DNA of 64,000 nt from the IMG/VR virus record IMGVR_UViG_3300036823_000324, positions 11,085 through 75,084 of that record. One strand, written 5' to 3'. Under the pieces are notes generated by a model. The model saw nothing but the letters and a program-made list of their open reading frames with translations. It did no database searches and was not told the origin of the DNA. Origin of the DNA: a virus. Positions 52,962 to 62,566 of this stretch are shown here, in pieces. Position 1 is the first letter of the stretch. Each line of letters starts with the position of its first letter. The position numbers and the translations under genes are program-made.

Positions 52962-55900
52962 CTATTCGTAGTCCGTGCTGGTGCCGTGCGAGTTGACCCA
53001 CTCGATCCATTCGGGACCGCGGTTCTTCGGTTCCGGCAGGGTTTTCGGAGCAGGTCCTGCGCCCGGATGGGCGCCGTGGTACGGGCCGGGACCGTTGACG
53101 CCCGTGCCCGGATGGGCGCCTTTGTAGGGGCCCTGCGATTTTTTCGCCTTCGTCGTCTTTCCCGCGAAGCCGAACTCCTCCAGCTCCTCCGTCGCGATCG
53201 CCACGGCGGCCTCTCCCAGCGCCATCCTCCCGCCGAAGCGGGTTTTCGGCGTGCGCCGCTGCAGACGGAAGCCGGCGGCGCCGCGGTTCTGCGACGGCGC
53301 AGCCGAACGACGGCTGCGCATCGCAGCTTTGTATCGGCTGTCCATACTGCGCCGCTGCTTCGAGCCCGCGGGGAAGAAGATGTGGCCCCCCGGGGTGAAG
53401 AGGCGCGCCCGCAACCTGTGCATCTGGCCCTGCTTCCAGTTCGGGCCGAGCACGGTCTTGCGCCATTCTTTCCCGTACTTTTTGCGCCACGTCCGGCGCT
53501 GGCGGGCGGTACGGACCGCCTGTTTCCGGGTGATCGCGCCTTCGCGCACGCGCCGGAAGAGCTGGTGCCCGACGGCCCTGCGGAAGTGGTGGTCGGTCGC
53601 CTCCTCCAGGTGGCTGTCGGCAAGACCGGCCTCGACCAGGCTCTCGAGGTCGGCGTCAGACTCGCCGATGTCGTCGGCGACCTCGTCGTCCTCGAGGAGA
53701 TCGAGGACGACCGCGCGCTCGGTGATCAGGGCCGCGCCCTCGACGAGCTGCTCGATCGGCAGTTCGGCCATCCCGGCCTCGACCAGCTGCGCCGCCATCG
53801 CGGTGATCTCGTCCTGCTCCAACCCGGCCACCTCGGCCAGGTGGCGCATATGCGAGCCGACGTCGACTTCGCCCTCGCGGGTGTGGTGCGCGAGCCGGTG
53901 CCGGATCCCGTTGCCGAGAGCCTCGCGCGGCGAGAGCCGGGCGGCCAGATGGCTGTTGTCGGACTGGCCGGCGTCGGCCGAGCCCGGGAGGAGGGACGCC
54001 ACCTTGCTCGGCCAGTCGGTCTCCTGGAGTCCGTCGGCCACGGCGGCGAGGATCGCCACGTCGGCGATCGCGGCCTCTGCGACGGGATGGTGCATCCCCT
54101 CGAGCCGGAGCGCCAGGCGGGCGCGGGCGCCGATCTTGCCGCCTTTCTTGGCGGCGGCGCGGATCCTGCTCACCGGGATCTTCTGGCCACGCGGCACGCC
54201 GAGATCGTCGTGGAGGGCGCCGGGGTGGCGGATCGCGCCGCCGATCCACAGCGACTCGTCGAAGGAATCGTCCCCGGGGTCGGCCTCCGTCGTGATGTCA
54301 TGACCGTGGCGGGAGTGTTCTTCGTCGGGCGCGAAACCGTGCGGGAGGCGGGCGCCTTTCGGCTTTGGCGGTTTCTTCGGCTTCCCGCCGAGTCCGGCCG
54401 ATTCCCAGCCCGCGGCGAGCGCCGCGCCGGCCGAGCCGCCCTCCTCGAGCTCGGCCTCCTGCAGGGTGTGGTTCCCCTTCAGAAAGCTCAGGTCGTCGTG
54501 GGTCAGCGGGCCCGGGCGCTCGTTGCGGCGTCCGCGCAGCGCGGCGGCGGTCTGGTGGCCGACCCGGCCGTTCACTTTGAGGCCATGGCGTGCCTGCACG
54601 TCTTCGACCGCGGCCTTCGTGTCACGGTCGAATTTGCCGCGCCCGCGCAGGTGCGTGTGGCCGTGCTCGGCGAGGTGGTGATGGAGGCCGTGCACGGCGT
54701 TGCCCCTGTGGCCGACCTTCAGCACCCGTCGGCGCCGGCGGCGTTTGGCGCCGCGGGAGTGGGCGCGCACCCGCCGCCCGCCGCGCAGATGCCCGCGGAC
54801 GCGTTGGGCCTCTTCCATCGGCGGCGCTTCCTCGTCGTCCTCGACCGGCGCGCCTTCGGCGTCGCCCTCGTCTTCACCGACGTCGCCGAACATTTCCTCG
54901 AGGATCTGATCGGCGATCTCGTCGGGGCCGAGCAGCGGGCCGGTGGCCTCGTTCAGGCGCGGCGCCGGCGTCCACTCGTCGCAGAGGTCGTCCTGGTCGA
55001 CGGGGTGATCGGCATAGGCGGCGCAGCGGCCATGGTCGAAGTTGGTGCAGGTGCCGCAACAGACTTCCTTCCCGCCCTTGATGTAGCCCTGGCGCAGGTT
55101 CGGCGGGCTCTGCGGGGTGACGCGGCTGAGCTCGGTCGCGGCGGCGACTTCCTCGGGGCTCTTGCCGCCGGCGCGGGGTTTGTCGACCCCGGGCGTGTCG
55201 CCCATGCGGGCGATGTCGGTCAGCGCCTGCTGGTTTTCGCCGTCACCGTCGATGAGCAGGATCGGGTCGCCGTCGGCCTCCTCGAGGGCGCCGCGCACCT
55301 CGGCGACCGCGGTGAAGGCCTCCTCCAGCGCCTGCACGATCCGGCCGAGCTCTTCCCGTCCGGTCGAGACGAGGTAGCTGCGCCCCTCGGGGGTCGGATC
55401 GACGGTCGCCTCGTAGAGCTGGGCGGCACGGTCATGCAGCTCGTCGAAGTCCATGCGGAGGAACTCCTCCCGCAGCCGCGCGACGCCCTTGGCCTCGCGA
55501 CGGTCCTGGGTGGCGCCCTCGATCGTGTAGGTGACCTGCGGCTCTTCGCGGCGCTCCGGCGGCAGCTTGACCGTGACCACCGGGTTCCCCGGCGCCGCCG
55601 GCTCGGGTTTGCGGGCGCGGTCCTCCTCGACCTGGTGGCTGGTCTCGGCGAAGCACCCGCCGCCGGGCGTCTCGACCCACGGGTCGGCAGGCGGCTCGGC
55701 CTCGATCAGCGCCGCGTCGTACTCGACCAGCGCCTCGTAGGGGTCGCGGTCACCTGGCTCGATGCCGAGCTCGGCGAGGATCTCCTCGACCGGGATGACC
55801 GCGGTGAAGGCCTCGACCAGCGCCGGCAGATCGGTGAAGAGGTCCGGCGGCGCCGAGTGGCTGAAGCGCGCATAGGCCGTGGCGCCGGCCTTCTTCTCGA

Positions 55901-56375
55901 TCGCCAGGTCCTGCGCGACCTGTTTCGGGTCTTTGCCCGAGCCGCGCCATTTGGACGTCCCGGCCCACTGGTCCTTGAGCCAGGCGCAGAGCGCGTTCGG
56001 GTCTTTCCCCTTGAGGATCTCGGGGTGCTCGGTCGCGATCCGCTGGACGCAGATGTGCTGTTTGCCCTGCGCCCATTTGCCGAAGGAGCGCACGATGTAG
56101 CGGATCTGCCCATGCGCTTTGGGCGAGTGGCCGCCCATGGAGCGGCCGGTCGTCGCCTCCTGCAGCGCCTCGAGCGATTCGGTCGCGCTGAGGAACCGCT
56201 TCGGTCCTTTGCGGAACTCGACGCAGATCATGTCGTCGCCCGCGGGGCTCACGTCGCGGATGCGTGATGCCCACTCGCGCAGCTCGAAGGTACCGATCGC
56301 GCTCTCGATCAGCGAGCCGTCTTCCCGCACCCGCACGCGGCCGCCCGAGTAGTCCTTGGGCTGCGACCTAGACAC
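52962..56375 (-). CDS. modular head-locus protein (putative polyprotein) with PG-binding-like and 4-Cys modules
   Basis: 1137 aa; alternating acidic linkers and basic modules; LKVGHRG..V..L...L...G.FD..T.AAV...Q...GL.V.G.VG..T. Confidence 0.8.
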   Translation of the reverse strand: MSRSQPKDYSGGRVRVREDGSLIESAIGTFELREWASRIRDVSPAGDDMICVEFRKGPKRFLSATESLEALQEATTGRSMGGHSPKAHGQIRYIVRSFGKWAQGKQHICVQRIATEHPEILKGKDPNALCAWLKDQWAGTSKWRGSGKDPKQVAQDLAIEKKAGATAYARFSHSAPPDLFTDLPALVEAFTAVIPVEEILAELGIEPGDRDPYEALVEYDAALIEAEPPADPWVETPGGGCFAETSHQVEEDRARKPEPAAPGNPVVTVKLPPERREEPQVTYTIEGATQDRREAKGVARLREEFLRMDFDELHDRAAQLYEATVDPTPEGRSYLVSTGREELGRIVQALEEAFTAVAEVRGALEEADGDPILLIDGDGENQQALTDIARMGDTPGVDKPRAGGKSPEEVAAATELSRVTPQSPPNLRQGYIKGGKEVCCGTCTNFDHGRCAAYADHPVDQDDLCDEWTPAPRLNEATGPLLGPDEIADQILEEMFGDVGEDEGDAEGAPVEDDEEAPPMEEAQRVRGHLRGGRRVRAHSRGAKRRRRRRVLKVGHRGNAVHGLHHHLAEHGHTHLRGRGKFDRDTKAAVEDVQARHGLKVNGRVGHQTAAALRGRRNERPGPLTHDDLSFLKGNHTLQEAELEEGGSAGAALAAGWESAGLGGKPKKPPKPKGARLPHGFAPDEEHSRHGHDITTEADPGDDSFDESLWIGGAIRHPGALHDDLGVPRGQKIPVSRIRAAAKKGGKIGARARLALRLEGMHHPVAEAAIADVAILAAVADGLQETDWPSKVASLLPGSADAGQSDNSHLAARLSPREALGNGIRHRLAHHTREGEVDVGSHMRHLAEVAGLEQDEITAMAAQLVEAGMAELPIEQLVEGAALITERAVVLDLLEDDEVADDIGESDADLESLVEAGLADSHLEEATDHHFRRAVGHQLFRRVREGAITRKQAVRTARQRRTWRKKYGKEWRKTVLGPNWKQGQMHRLRARLFTPGGHIFFPAGSKQRRSMDSRYKAAMRSRRSAAPSQNRGAAGFRLQRRTPKTRFGGRMALGEAAVAIATEELEEFGFAGKTTKAKKSQGPYKGAHPGTGVNGPGPYHGAHPGAGPAPKTLPEPKNRGPEWIEWVNSHGTSTDYE

Positions 56376-56640
56376 GGGCTCGACCTCGCATGAACGCCTC
56401 CTCTGGGAACGCCTTCGCCAACCGGCCGCAGGCGACATCGATCAGCTTCTCGGCCTCGGTGGTGCGGGCGGCGACCCGCGCGCCCACGTTCAGCGCCGCG
56501 TAGAGGGTGTTCGGCTCGACCGGTTCGCCCGCCCACCAGGCCTGCAGCACACCCGAGCCGGCATCGCCGGGCGCGAGGCCCTGCATCAGCTGGGCTGCCT
56601 CTCCCTCTTTGAGGATCGGCACTCCGCGGGTTTCGAGCAT
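56368..56640 (-). CDS. hypothetical protein coupled to MuF
   Basis: TGATG overlap, 90 aa. Confidence 0.65.
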   Translation of the reverse strand: MLETRGVPILKEGEAAQLMQGLAPGDAGSGVLQAWWAGEPVEPNTLYAALNVGARVAARTTEAEKLIDVACGRLAKAFPEEAFMRGRARV

Positions 56641-58973
56641 CAGCGCACGGTCTCCATCTCAGGTGAGCCTGCCAGATCGCTGTCGCTCTCCGCAACCCGG
56701 CGGGCCCCTTTCCTCAGGTCGTGACGGGTCCCGGCCTTCCCGCGCTTGGACAACGCATCGGCTCCGAGCCGCTGGAGCAGGATTTTCCGCACGCCCGGCT
56801 GGCTCAACCCGATCTCGCGCGCGATCTGGCTCTGGCTCTTGGGGGGATCGCCGGTGAAGAGGGAGACGATCCGCTCGTCGCGGGACTGTTTGACGGCCTT
56901 CGACGCAGCCTGGGCCTCGTCGGCGACGGTCTTGGCCGGCGTCGTCACCACCTCGGGCGCCTTGCGATCGCCGACGCCGATGTCGGCGGCGCGCCCGGCG
57001 GTCTGGCGATCCTCGAGGTGTTCGAGGCTCTCCATCTCCGGCGAGTGCCCGGGCTCGACCCGCTCGTCGCCGAGACGCGAGGTGCGCAGCGGGTTGTAGG
57101 GGAGGCGGAAGCTGCCGAGGTAGATCGTCTCGTTGCCCTCTTTGCCGACGTCGGAGCCGTGGGCGCCGGCGGCCGCATCGCCGGGTTTGAGGTCGCCGTC
57201 CATCAGCCGGCGGCGGAGGTCCTGGGGCAGCCGACGGGAGGCGAACGGTTTCTCGTCGGGCCCGTACTCGTGGAAGAAGAGGTGGGCGACGTCGTCGTCG
57301 AGGTCGACGACGCTGTGGACCAGGGCGGGTCGCTTGGAGCGCGCCGCGGCGGCGGCCTGCTTTTTCGCGCGCTGGTCCCATTTGATCTTCGAGCTCCCCT
57401 CGCGGGCGAGGAAGGTGCTCATCCCGCGCATGGATTCGGACTTCACCTCGATCCCGTAGGGGCCGATCTCCCAGTCGAGCTCCGACTCTTTGCCGGACCG
57501 GCCGCGCCCGGTCTGTCTGAGGCCTGGCGTGTGGACGCGGGCGTTGCTGCGGACGAGGCCGAGGTCGGCGAGGCGGTCGCGGGTCTCCGGCGCCATCGCC
57601 TCCGCCGCTTTGCCGAGCTGATCCCAGGCGACCAGCGGATAGCGCGACTGCATCCGCCGCCCGTACCGCGGCCGCTCCTCGGCCGGGACGTCGCCGGGCA
57701 CCTCGCTCGGGTGCAGGTCGAGCGGCGTGTTGACGCCGAGTGCGTCGTGGTCGCCGGCCAGCCGGTTGTTGCGCAGGCCCGGCGACATGATCTCGAGCTC
57801 GCGCGCCGCGGCGAGCGCATAGACGGGATCCAGGCTCGGTTTCGTCTCGAGCTGCAGGCCGTCCGGGTGCACCCGGACATCGAAGTCGCCGCTCTTGCGC
57901 AGCGCCGCGGCGACGCGCTCGTGGCTTTTGCCGAGCGCCGCCGGCCGCACCAGCCAGGCGAAGTTCCCTTTCTCGCCCCATGGCGTCGTGTTGGAGCCGT
58001 GGCCCTCGTGCACCGACTGCGGGACTCCGGCGCCGGCGTGACGGGCGCCGACCGGCGCACGGACGCCGCCGGGGTTCATCGCCGCGGCCCGGATCCGGCC
58101 GAGCGCACGGAGGTTCTCGTCGCGGCGGGGGCGGTCCTTGATCGCGCGCGTCGCCTTCACCGAGTCCTCGAAGTGGCGGTCCATCGCGTCGCGATCGCCC
58201 GCCTTGATCGCGTCGAAGTAGCGGCCCAGCGGTTTGCGGACCGCCCGCGAGATGCCCTGGCCGGGGACGCCGGGGACGCGGACGAAGGGCGAGTGGGAGA
58301 ACCGGCCGTGGCTGTCGTGGTAGGGGTTCCCCTCTTTGCCGGGCGGCAGCGGGACTTTGATCACGTCGCCGGCGATGTGCTGGGAGGCGGCCTCGCGGAG
58401 CTTCGCGCGGATCGCCGAGGTCCGGTAGCCGCGGCGCACGTCGAGCCCGCGGGCGCGCGCCACAGAGCCCGCGATCAGCTTGCACTTGCAGCCGGCGTGC
58501 TCGGTCGCCGGGTTCACCTGGTCGAGGACCGAGAAGGGCCACCAGCGGCCGCCCATCAGCAGGCAGCTGTCGCAGTGGCGCGTCTTCACGTCGGGGTCGA
58601 GCCACCAGTAGGCGCCGTCCTCGCCCTGGGATTTCAGCCGGCTGATGTCGGCCTCGGTGCCGAGCCGGCGCGCCCGGGCTTCGAGGTGCTTGCGCAGGTA
58701 GCCGCGCTCGAGCCGCTCGAGCGCCTGCCGGCGGTCCATCTGCTCCAGGTCTTCGAGCGTCGTGTCCGAGCGGATCGCCCGCTCGCCGACCACGATGCGC
58801 CGGCGCATGTTGCCCAGGTAGTCGGAGCTGAGCGCGGACTCGCGCGCTACCGCACGGACGAGGTCCTCGCCCTGCAGTTCCGGGTAGAGCCGCCGCACCG
58901 CGGCGTCGCTGAAGCCACGGTGCGCGCGTTCGATCCGGCCGATGATCTGTTTAGAAGACCGCGACCGTGCCAT
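56640..58973 (-). CDS. MuF/gp7-like head morphogenesis protein with PD-(D/E)xK-like domain and C-terminal HTH
   Basis: YWW...HCDSC...HAGCKC; NPYHDSHGRF; LDWEIGPYGIEVK; SQSQIAREIGLSQPGVRKIL. Confidence 0.75.
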   Translation of the reverse strand: MARSRSSKQIIGRIERAHRGFSDAAVRRLYPELQGEDLVRAVARESALSSDYLGNMRRRIVVGERAIRSDTTLEDLEQMDRRQALERLERGYLRKHLEARARRLGTEADISRLKSQGEDGAYWWLDPDVKTRHCDSCLLMGGRWWPFSVLDQVNPATEHAGCKCKLIAGSVARARGLDVRRGYRTSAIRAKLREAASQHIAGDVIKVPLPPGKEGNPYHDSHGRFSHSPFVRVPGVPGQGISRAVRKPLGRYFDAIKAGDRDAMDRHFEDSVKATRAIKDRPRRDENLRALGRIRAAAMNPGGVRAPVGARHAGAGVPQSVHEGHGSNTTPWGEKGNFAWLVRPAALGKSHERVAAALRKSGDFDVRVHPDGLQLETKPSLDPVYALAAARELEIMSPGLRNNRLAGDHDALGVNTPLDLHPSEVPGDVPAEERPRYGRRMQSRYPLVAWDQLGKAAEAMAPETRDRLADLGLVRSNARVHTPGLRQTGRGRSGKESELDWEIGPYGIEVKSESMRGMSTFLAREGSSKIKWDQRAKKQAAAAARSKRPALVHSVVDLDDDVAHLFFHEYGPDEKPFASRRLPQDLRRRLMDGDLKPGDAAAGAHGSDVGKEGNETIYLGSFRLPYNPLRTSRLGDERVEPGHSPEMESLEHLEDRQTAGRAADIGVGDRKAPEVVTTPAKTVADEAQAASKAVKQSRDERIVSLFTGDPPKSQSQIAREIGLSQPGVRKILLQRLGADALSKRGKAGTRHDLRKGARRVAESDSDLAGSPEMETVR

Positions 58974-60900
58974 CGTCGGCGTCCATTTCGTCGAACACCG
59001 ACTCGATCAGGTCGACGAGCTCGTCTGGGACCGCGACGTCGCCTTCCTGCAGGCGCCGGCCACCGACCGCGAGTTCGCCACGGCGGCGGGCCCGCGAGCG
59101 GCTTTCGTCGCCGCCGGTCCCCGGGCCGCCCGGCAGATCTTTCCCGGGGCGCGGAACGTTGAAGGCGGCGGAGCCTTCCTCGAGGCTTTCGCCGGCGGCC
59201 GCGAAGGCCTCCTGGGCATCGGGCATCGGCGGCGGCCCGGGGGTTCCTCCGCCGCCTTCCCCGCCTTTCCCGAACGCCGCCGCGGCCTGCTGGAAGGCAC
59301 CCATCTGGCCCTGCATGTGCATCTGCGCCAGCTGGCTTTTCTGCTGGCGTTCCCAGGGCGATTCCCAGCTCTCGGGGAAGAACTTGTCGAGTAGCTCCTG
59401 GGTGTTCTTGCTCCCCATCGCGTCGAGCACTTCGCCCATGTACCAGCGGACCAGCTCGCGGCTCGAGATCCCGGGGTCGACGGTGTTGAGGACGCCCGCG
59501 AGCTGCTGCGCCAGGGCGCCCGCGTCGCGGTTGAGGATCGGCGGCATCGACATTTCGAGCCGGTCTTTTTCGAGGCCGCATTCGGTCATCATCCAGCCGA
59601 CCAGGTCCATCACGACCCGCAGCCAGAGCGCCTGGTTGGCTTCGGTGCCTCGCAGCAGCGACATGTCCATGCTGTTGGTGCTCGCCTGGTTGGCGGTGCC
59701 GGGGCCGCCGAGGTGGTGGGCCGGCATGCCGGTCCCGGCGGAGACCTGGCCCATGATCGTGTTGATGTCGGTCTGGGCGTTCGAGGCGCCGGTGTCCTGG
59801 ATCATCGGCTCGAGGCTCGCGTTGGGCGAGCTGACCACGCCTTTCGTTTTGCCCGTTTCGTAGGGCACATGCCGGCGGTGGGTGGTCTGGTCGAGGCGGG
59901 TGGCGATGCGGGTGATGTCCTGCAGCGAGCTCGTCACCTGGGCGACGTTCTTCGGGGCGCCTTTGGTTTTCACCTGGAGTGCCAGCTGCGCGATCGCCAT
60001 GATCGTCGACACACGCGAGGACAGGTACTCGTTCAGCCCGGCACTCCACTTCAGCACACTGTTCAGGGTGGTGATGCCGAACCGCATGTCCGACGTCTTG
60101 TTGACGGAGATGTGGTACACGAAGCCTTTACCGATCCGCTCGGGCGCCGGTCCCCATTCCTCGCCTTCCCATTCCGTCGGCGCCTCGTGCCGCCAGTCTC
60201 GGTAGTAGCGCGTGGTCGGCGTCGAGTCCGAGGACCACGTCCCCGAGGCGAAGTCCCACTTTTTCGGTCGGAATTCGCGTTTGTAGTACACGGGCACCTT
60301 TTTGTTGCCCGGGTGGGTGATGATTTCGGCGATCTCGGTTTCGGAGATGTCGGACAGGCGGAGTGGGCTCGGGGCGCCGCGCTCCCTCGACTCGCCGGGG
60401 TTCATGAAGCACAGCAGGAAGACGTTGGCCTGCAGCTGCAGCTCCGTCGACTTCTCGTACTGTGCTTCGGCGCTGGTCAGGGTCTCCTGGTTGAAGTCGT
60501 CGCCCCAGAAGTTGTCGATCAGGTTCTGGGCTTCCTGCTCCTCGGGCTCGGCGTCATCACCTTTGCGGCGGTAGACGGGTTTGTTCATCCCCTTGCCGAA
60601 GGTGTAGAAGGTGATCAGGTCGACGGTGCGCCGGATCACCGGGTCGTTGAAGTAGTACGTGTACGCGCGCTGGACCTGGCCCTTGCGGTCGATCCGGTTG
60701 GGGGAGAAGTAGAGCTGTGGGTCGCCGCTCAGCTGTTCCCAGTTCAGTTCTTCCACACGCCGCTGCAGCATCCGGGCGTCGGAGCCGGCCTCCTGCAGCA
60801 TGTCGTCGAAGGTGTCACGCTCGGCGAGCCGGTCGGCGAAGCCGAGCAGGTCCGCGGCGCCGGCGAAGAAGTCCTCGCGGAGGTTTTCAATCAGTCCCAT
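58951..60900 (-). CDS. portal protein
   Basis: YYFNDPVIRRTVD..TFYTFGKG, EIITHP, GTGMPAHHLG..N.A; follows terminase. Confidence 0.88.
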   Translation of the reverse strand: MGLIENLREDFFAGAADLLGFADRLAERDTFDDMLQEAGSDARMLQRRVEELNWEQLSGDPQLYFSPNRIDRKGQVQRAYTYYFNDPVIRRTVDLITFYTFGKGMNKPVYRRKGDDAEPEEQEAQNLIDNFWGDDFNQETLTSAEAQYEKSTELQLQANVFLLCFMNPGESRERGAPSPLRLSDISETEIAEIITHPGNKKVPVYYKREFRPKKWDFASGTWSSDSTPTTRYYRDWRHEAPTEWEGEEWGPAPERIGKGFVYHISVNKTSDMRFGITTLNSVLKWSAGLNEYLSSRVSTIMAIAQLALQVKTKGAPKNVAQVTSSLQDITRIATRLDQTTHRRHVPYETGKTKGVVSSPNASLEPMIQDTGASNAQTDINTIMGQVSAGTGMPAHHLGGPGTANQASTNSMDMSLLRGTEANQALWLRVVMDLVGWMMTECGLEKDRLEMSMPPILNRDAGALAQQLAGVLNTVDPGISSRELVRWYMGEVLDAMGSKNTQELLDKFFPESWESPWERQQKSQLAQMHMQGQMGAFQQAAAAFGKGGEGGGGTPGPPPMPDAQEAFAAAGESLEEGSAAFNVPRPGKDLPGGPGTGGDESRSRARRRGELAVGGRRLQEGDVAVPDELVDLIESVFDEMDADDGTVAVF

Positions 60901-61411
60901 CGTCGCCTCCCTCGTCGGTCGTCCCTGGGTCGTCCCCGGGACCGTCCTCCAGCTCGAACCCCGGCGGCAGCAGGATCCCGGACTGGCCGCGCACGGCCTG
61001 TTCGTCGGGGAGTTCTTCGGTCTCCTGCCGCTTCAGTTCGGTCTCCATCCATTTCGCGTGCTCGCGCTCCTCGGGGGTGTCGGTGCGGAAGCCGGTTTCG
61101 ATGTGCCGCTGACTCTGGCGCTCGACCGCCTTCTCGTCGCGCGCCTTGTCCTGACGCTCGACGACGTCCGGCTCGTCCTGCGCCGTCTGCCAGGTCGGGC
61201 ACTCCCCGTACTCGTGGCAGCAGAAGCAGGCGATGGCGATCGCCGAGCCCTTCATGTGGAGCTTCTGCTTCTCGATCCGGCAGAAGATGCCCTCGCCCTT
61301 CCGCCCGGTGAACGGCTCCGCGGCCGGGCACCGCGGCACCAGCCCTTCGCCGCGCGCGAGCTGCGCCTCGACCTCGGGCGGCAGGATGGTCTCGATGTGG
61401 GTGTCGGTCAT
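60887..61411 (-). CDS. hypothetical Cys-rich protein
   Basis: RBS GAGGAG; CP...IFC...FCCHEYGECP. Confidence 0.65.
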   Translation of the reverse strand: MTDTHIETILPPEVEAQLARGEGLVPRCPAAEPFTGRKGEGIFCRIEKQKLHMKGSAIAIACFCCHEYGECPTWQTAQDEPDVVERQDKARDEKAVERQSQRHIETGFRTDTPEEREHAKWMETELKRQETEELPDEQAVRGQSGILLPPGFELEDGPGDDPGTTDEGGDDGTD

Positions 61412-61418
61412 CGGCTCC

Positions 61419-62507
61419 TCACACGTTGAAGTTGATCTGGCCGGTCTCCATGCCGACGTTGAAGCCGCCGAACTCGCCCTCGACCATGAGCTCGCCGTCG
61501 GGCACGCCGAAGTCGCGCGCCGCACCGAGCTCGTACTCGCCTTCGAGGTCGCGGCGATCGTAGATCTCGATCCCTTCGGCCTCGAGCTCGGCGTGGCCGA
61601 AGACCGACAGGTAGCCGACCACGCCCGCGACCGGGTCGGCGACATCCTTGCTGCCCGCCCCGATCGGGTGATCCGGCGCCGAGTTCGGCTCCACCCGCTC
61701 GAGCTCGCGCATCTCCTTGCGCAGCAGGTCGTACTTGGGCAGCAGCACCCGGGCCTCGTTCACGCCCTCGAGGAGGTCGCGGTAGGGCTGAGGGCTGCGG
61801 TCGACGGAGTAGGGCTTCGGCAGCCCGGTGATCTCGCCGGTGTGCTCGTCGATCTCCATCCCGGCCGTGATCAGCCCCGCTTTCATCAGCTCCTGGGAGG
61901 CAGACGCCGACTGGAAACCGTCGAAGGAGTAGCTGGTGATGTTGAAGCCGCGGAGCTGGCGCAGCTGCAGGATGAGTTCGGTCACCGAGCCGATGAAGAT
62001 CTGGCTGCCGACCGGGGCGATGATCTGCGCCACCAGCGGCACCTCGAAGACCCGGACGATCCGCTGATAGGGGCTCACGGCGCCGGTCGGGTCGTCGACG
62101 CGCTCGAGGAAGTCGTCGACGACGCGCCCGACGGCGATGCCGGCGGCATCGCCCTGGCGCTGCTTGCCGAGGGCGAGGTCGACGTGGACGTGCCAGTAGA
62201 CGGCCGGGTCGGCGCAGAAGAACTCCGGGCTGATGCCCTGCAGCAGCGCTTCCGGCTGGTCGGCGCCGACCAGGGACCGGCAGGTCAGTTTCGGGCTGGT
62301 CAGCTCCGACTTGGAACCGGTCACCACGTCGGCGAGGACCAGCGCGTTGTCGATCTTGGAGACCTCGGTGAACCACGGGGACCGCGCGCGCTGCGGGAGG
62401 GAGCCGTACTTGAGGAGCGAGTCGACGGGGTCTTTCTTGAACTCTGCGAGATACGTGTGGGGGATCGCGATCGCGTCCTTCGCTTCGCGGATCTCGGTGA
62501 GGCTCAT
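61419..62507 (-). CDS. terminase large subunit, nuclease half
   Basis: HVDLAL...DAAG, SFDGFQS, SVDR, DHP..GSKDVAD (RNase H-like acidic residues). Confidence 0.88.
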   Translation of the reverse strand: MSLTEIREAKDAIAIPHTYLAEFKKDPVDSLLKYGSLPQRARSPWFTEVSKIDNALVLADVVTGSKSELTSPKLTCRSLVGADQPEALLQGISPEFFCADPAVYWHVHVDLALGKQRQGDAAGIAVGRVVDDFLERVDDPTGAVSPYQRIVRVFEVPLVAQIIAPVGSQIFIGSVTELILQLRQLRGFNITSYSFDGFQSASASQELMKAGLITAGMEIDEHTGEITGLPKPYSVDRSPQPYRDLLEGVNEARVLLPKYDLLRKEMRELERVEPNSAPDHPIGAGSKDVADPVAGVVGYLSVFGHAELEAEGIEIYDRRDLEGEYELGAARDFGVPDGELMVEGEFGGFNVGMETGQINFNV

Positions 62508-62566
62508 ACCTGCTCTCGACCTATAAGCACCCGGCCATCCAAGCACCTATAGCGGCGTGGCACCAG

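Noticed and set aside
50442-56267. 1941-aa plus-strand ORF (and other long plus-strand ORFs such as 56721-59162, 14215-16059, 30758-32527)
   Set aside because: Antisense shadows of well-supported minus-strand genes; stops are scarce at this GC content and the translations have no motifs
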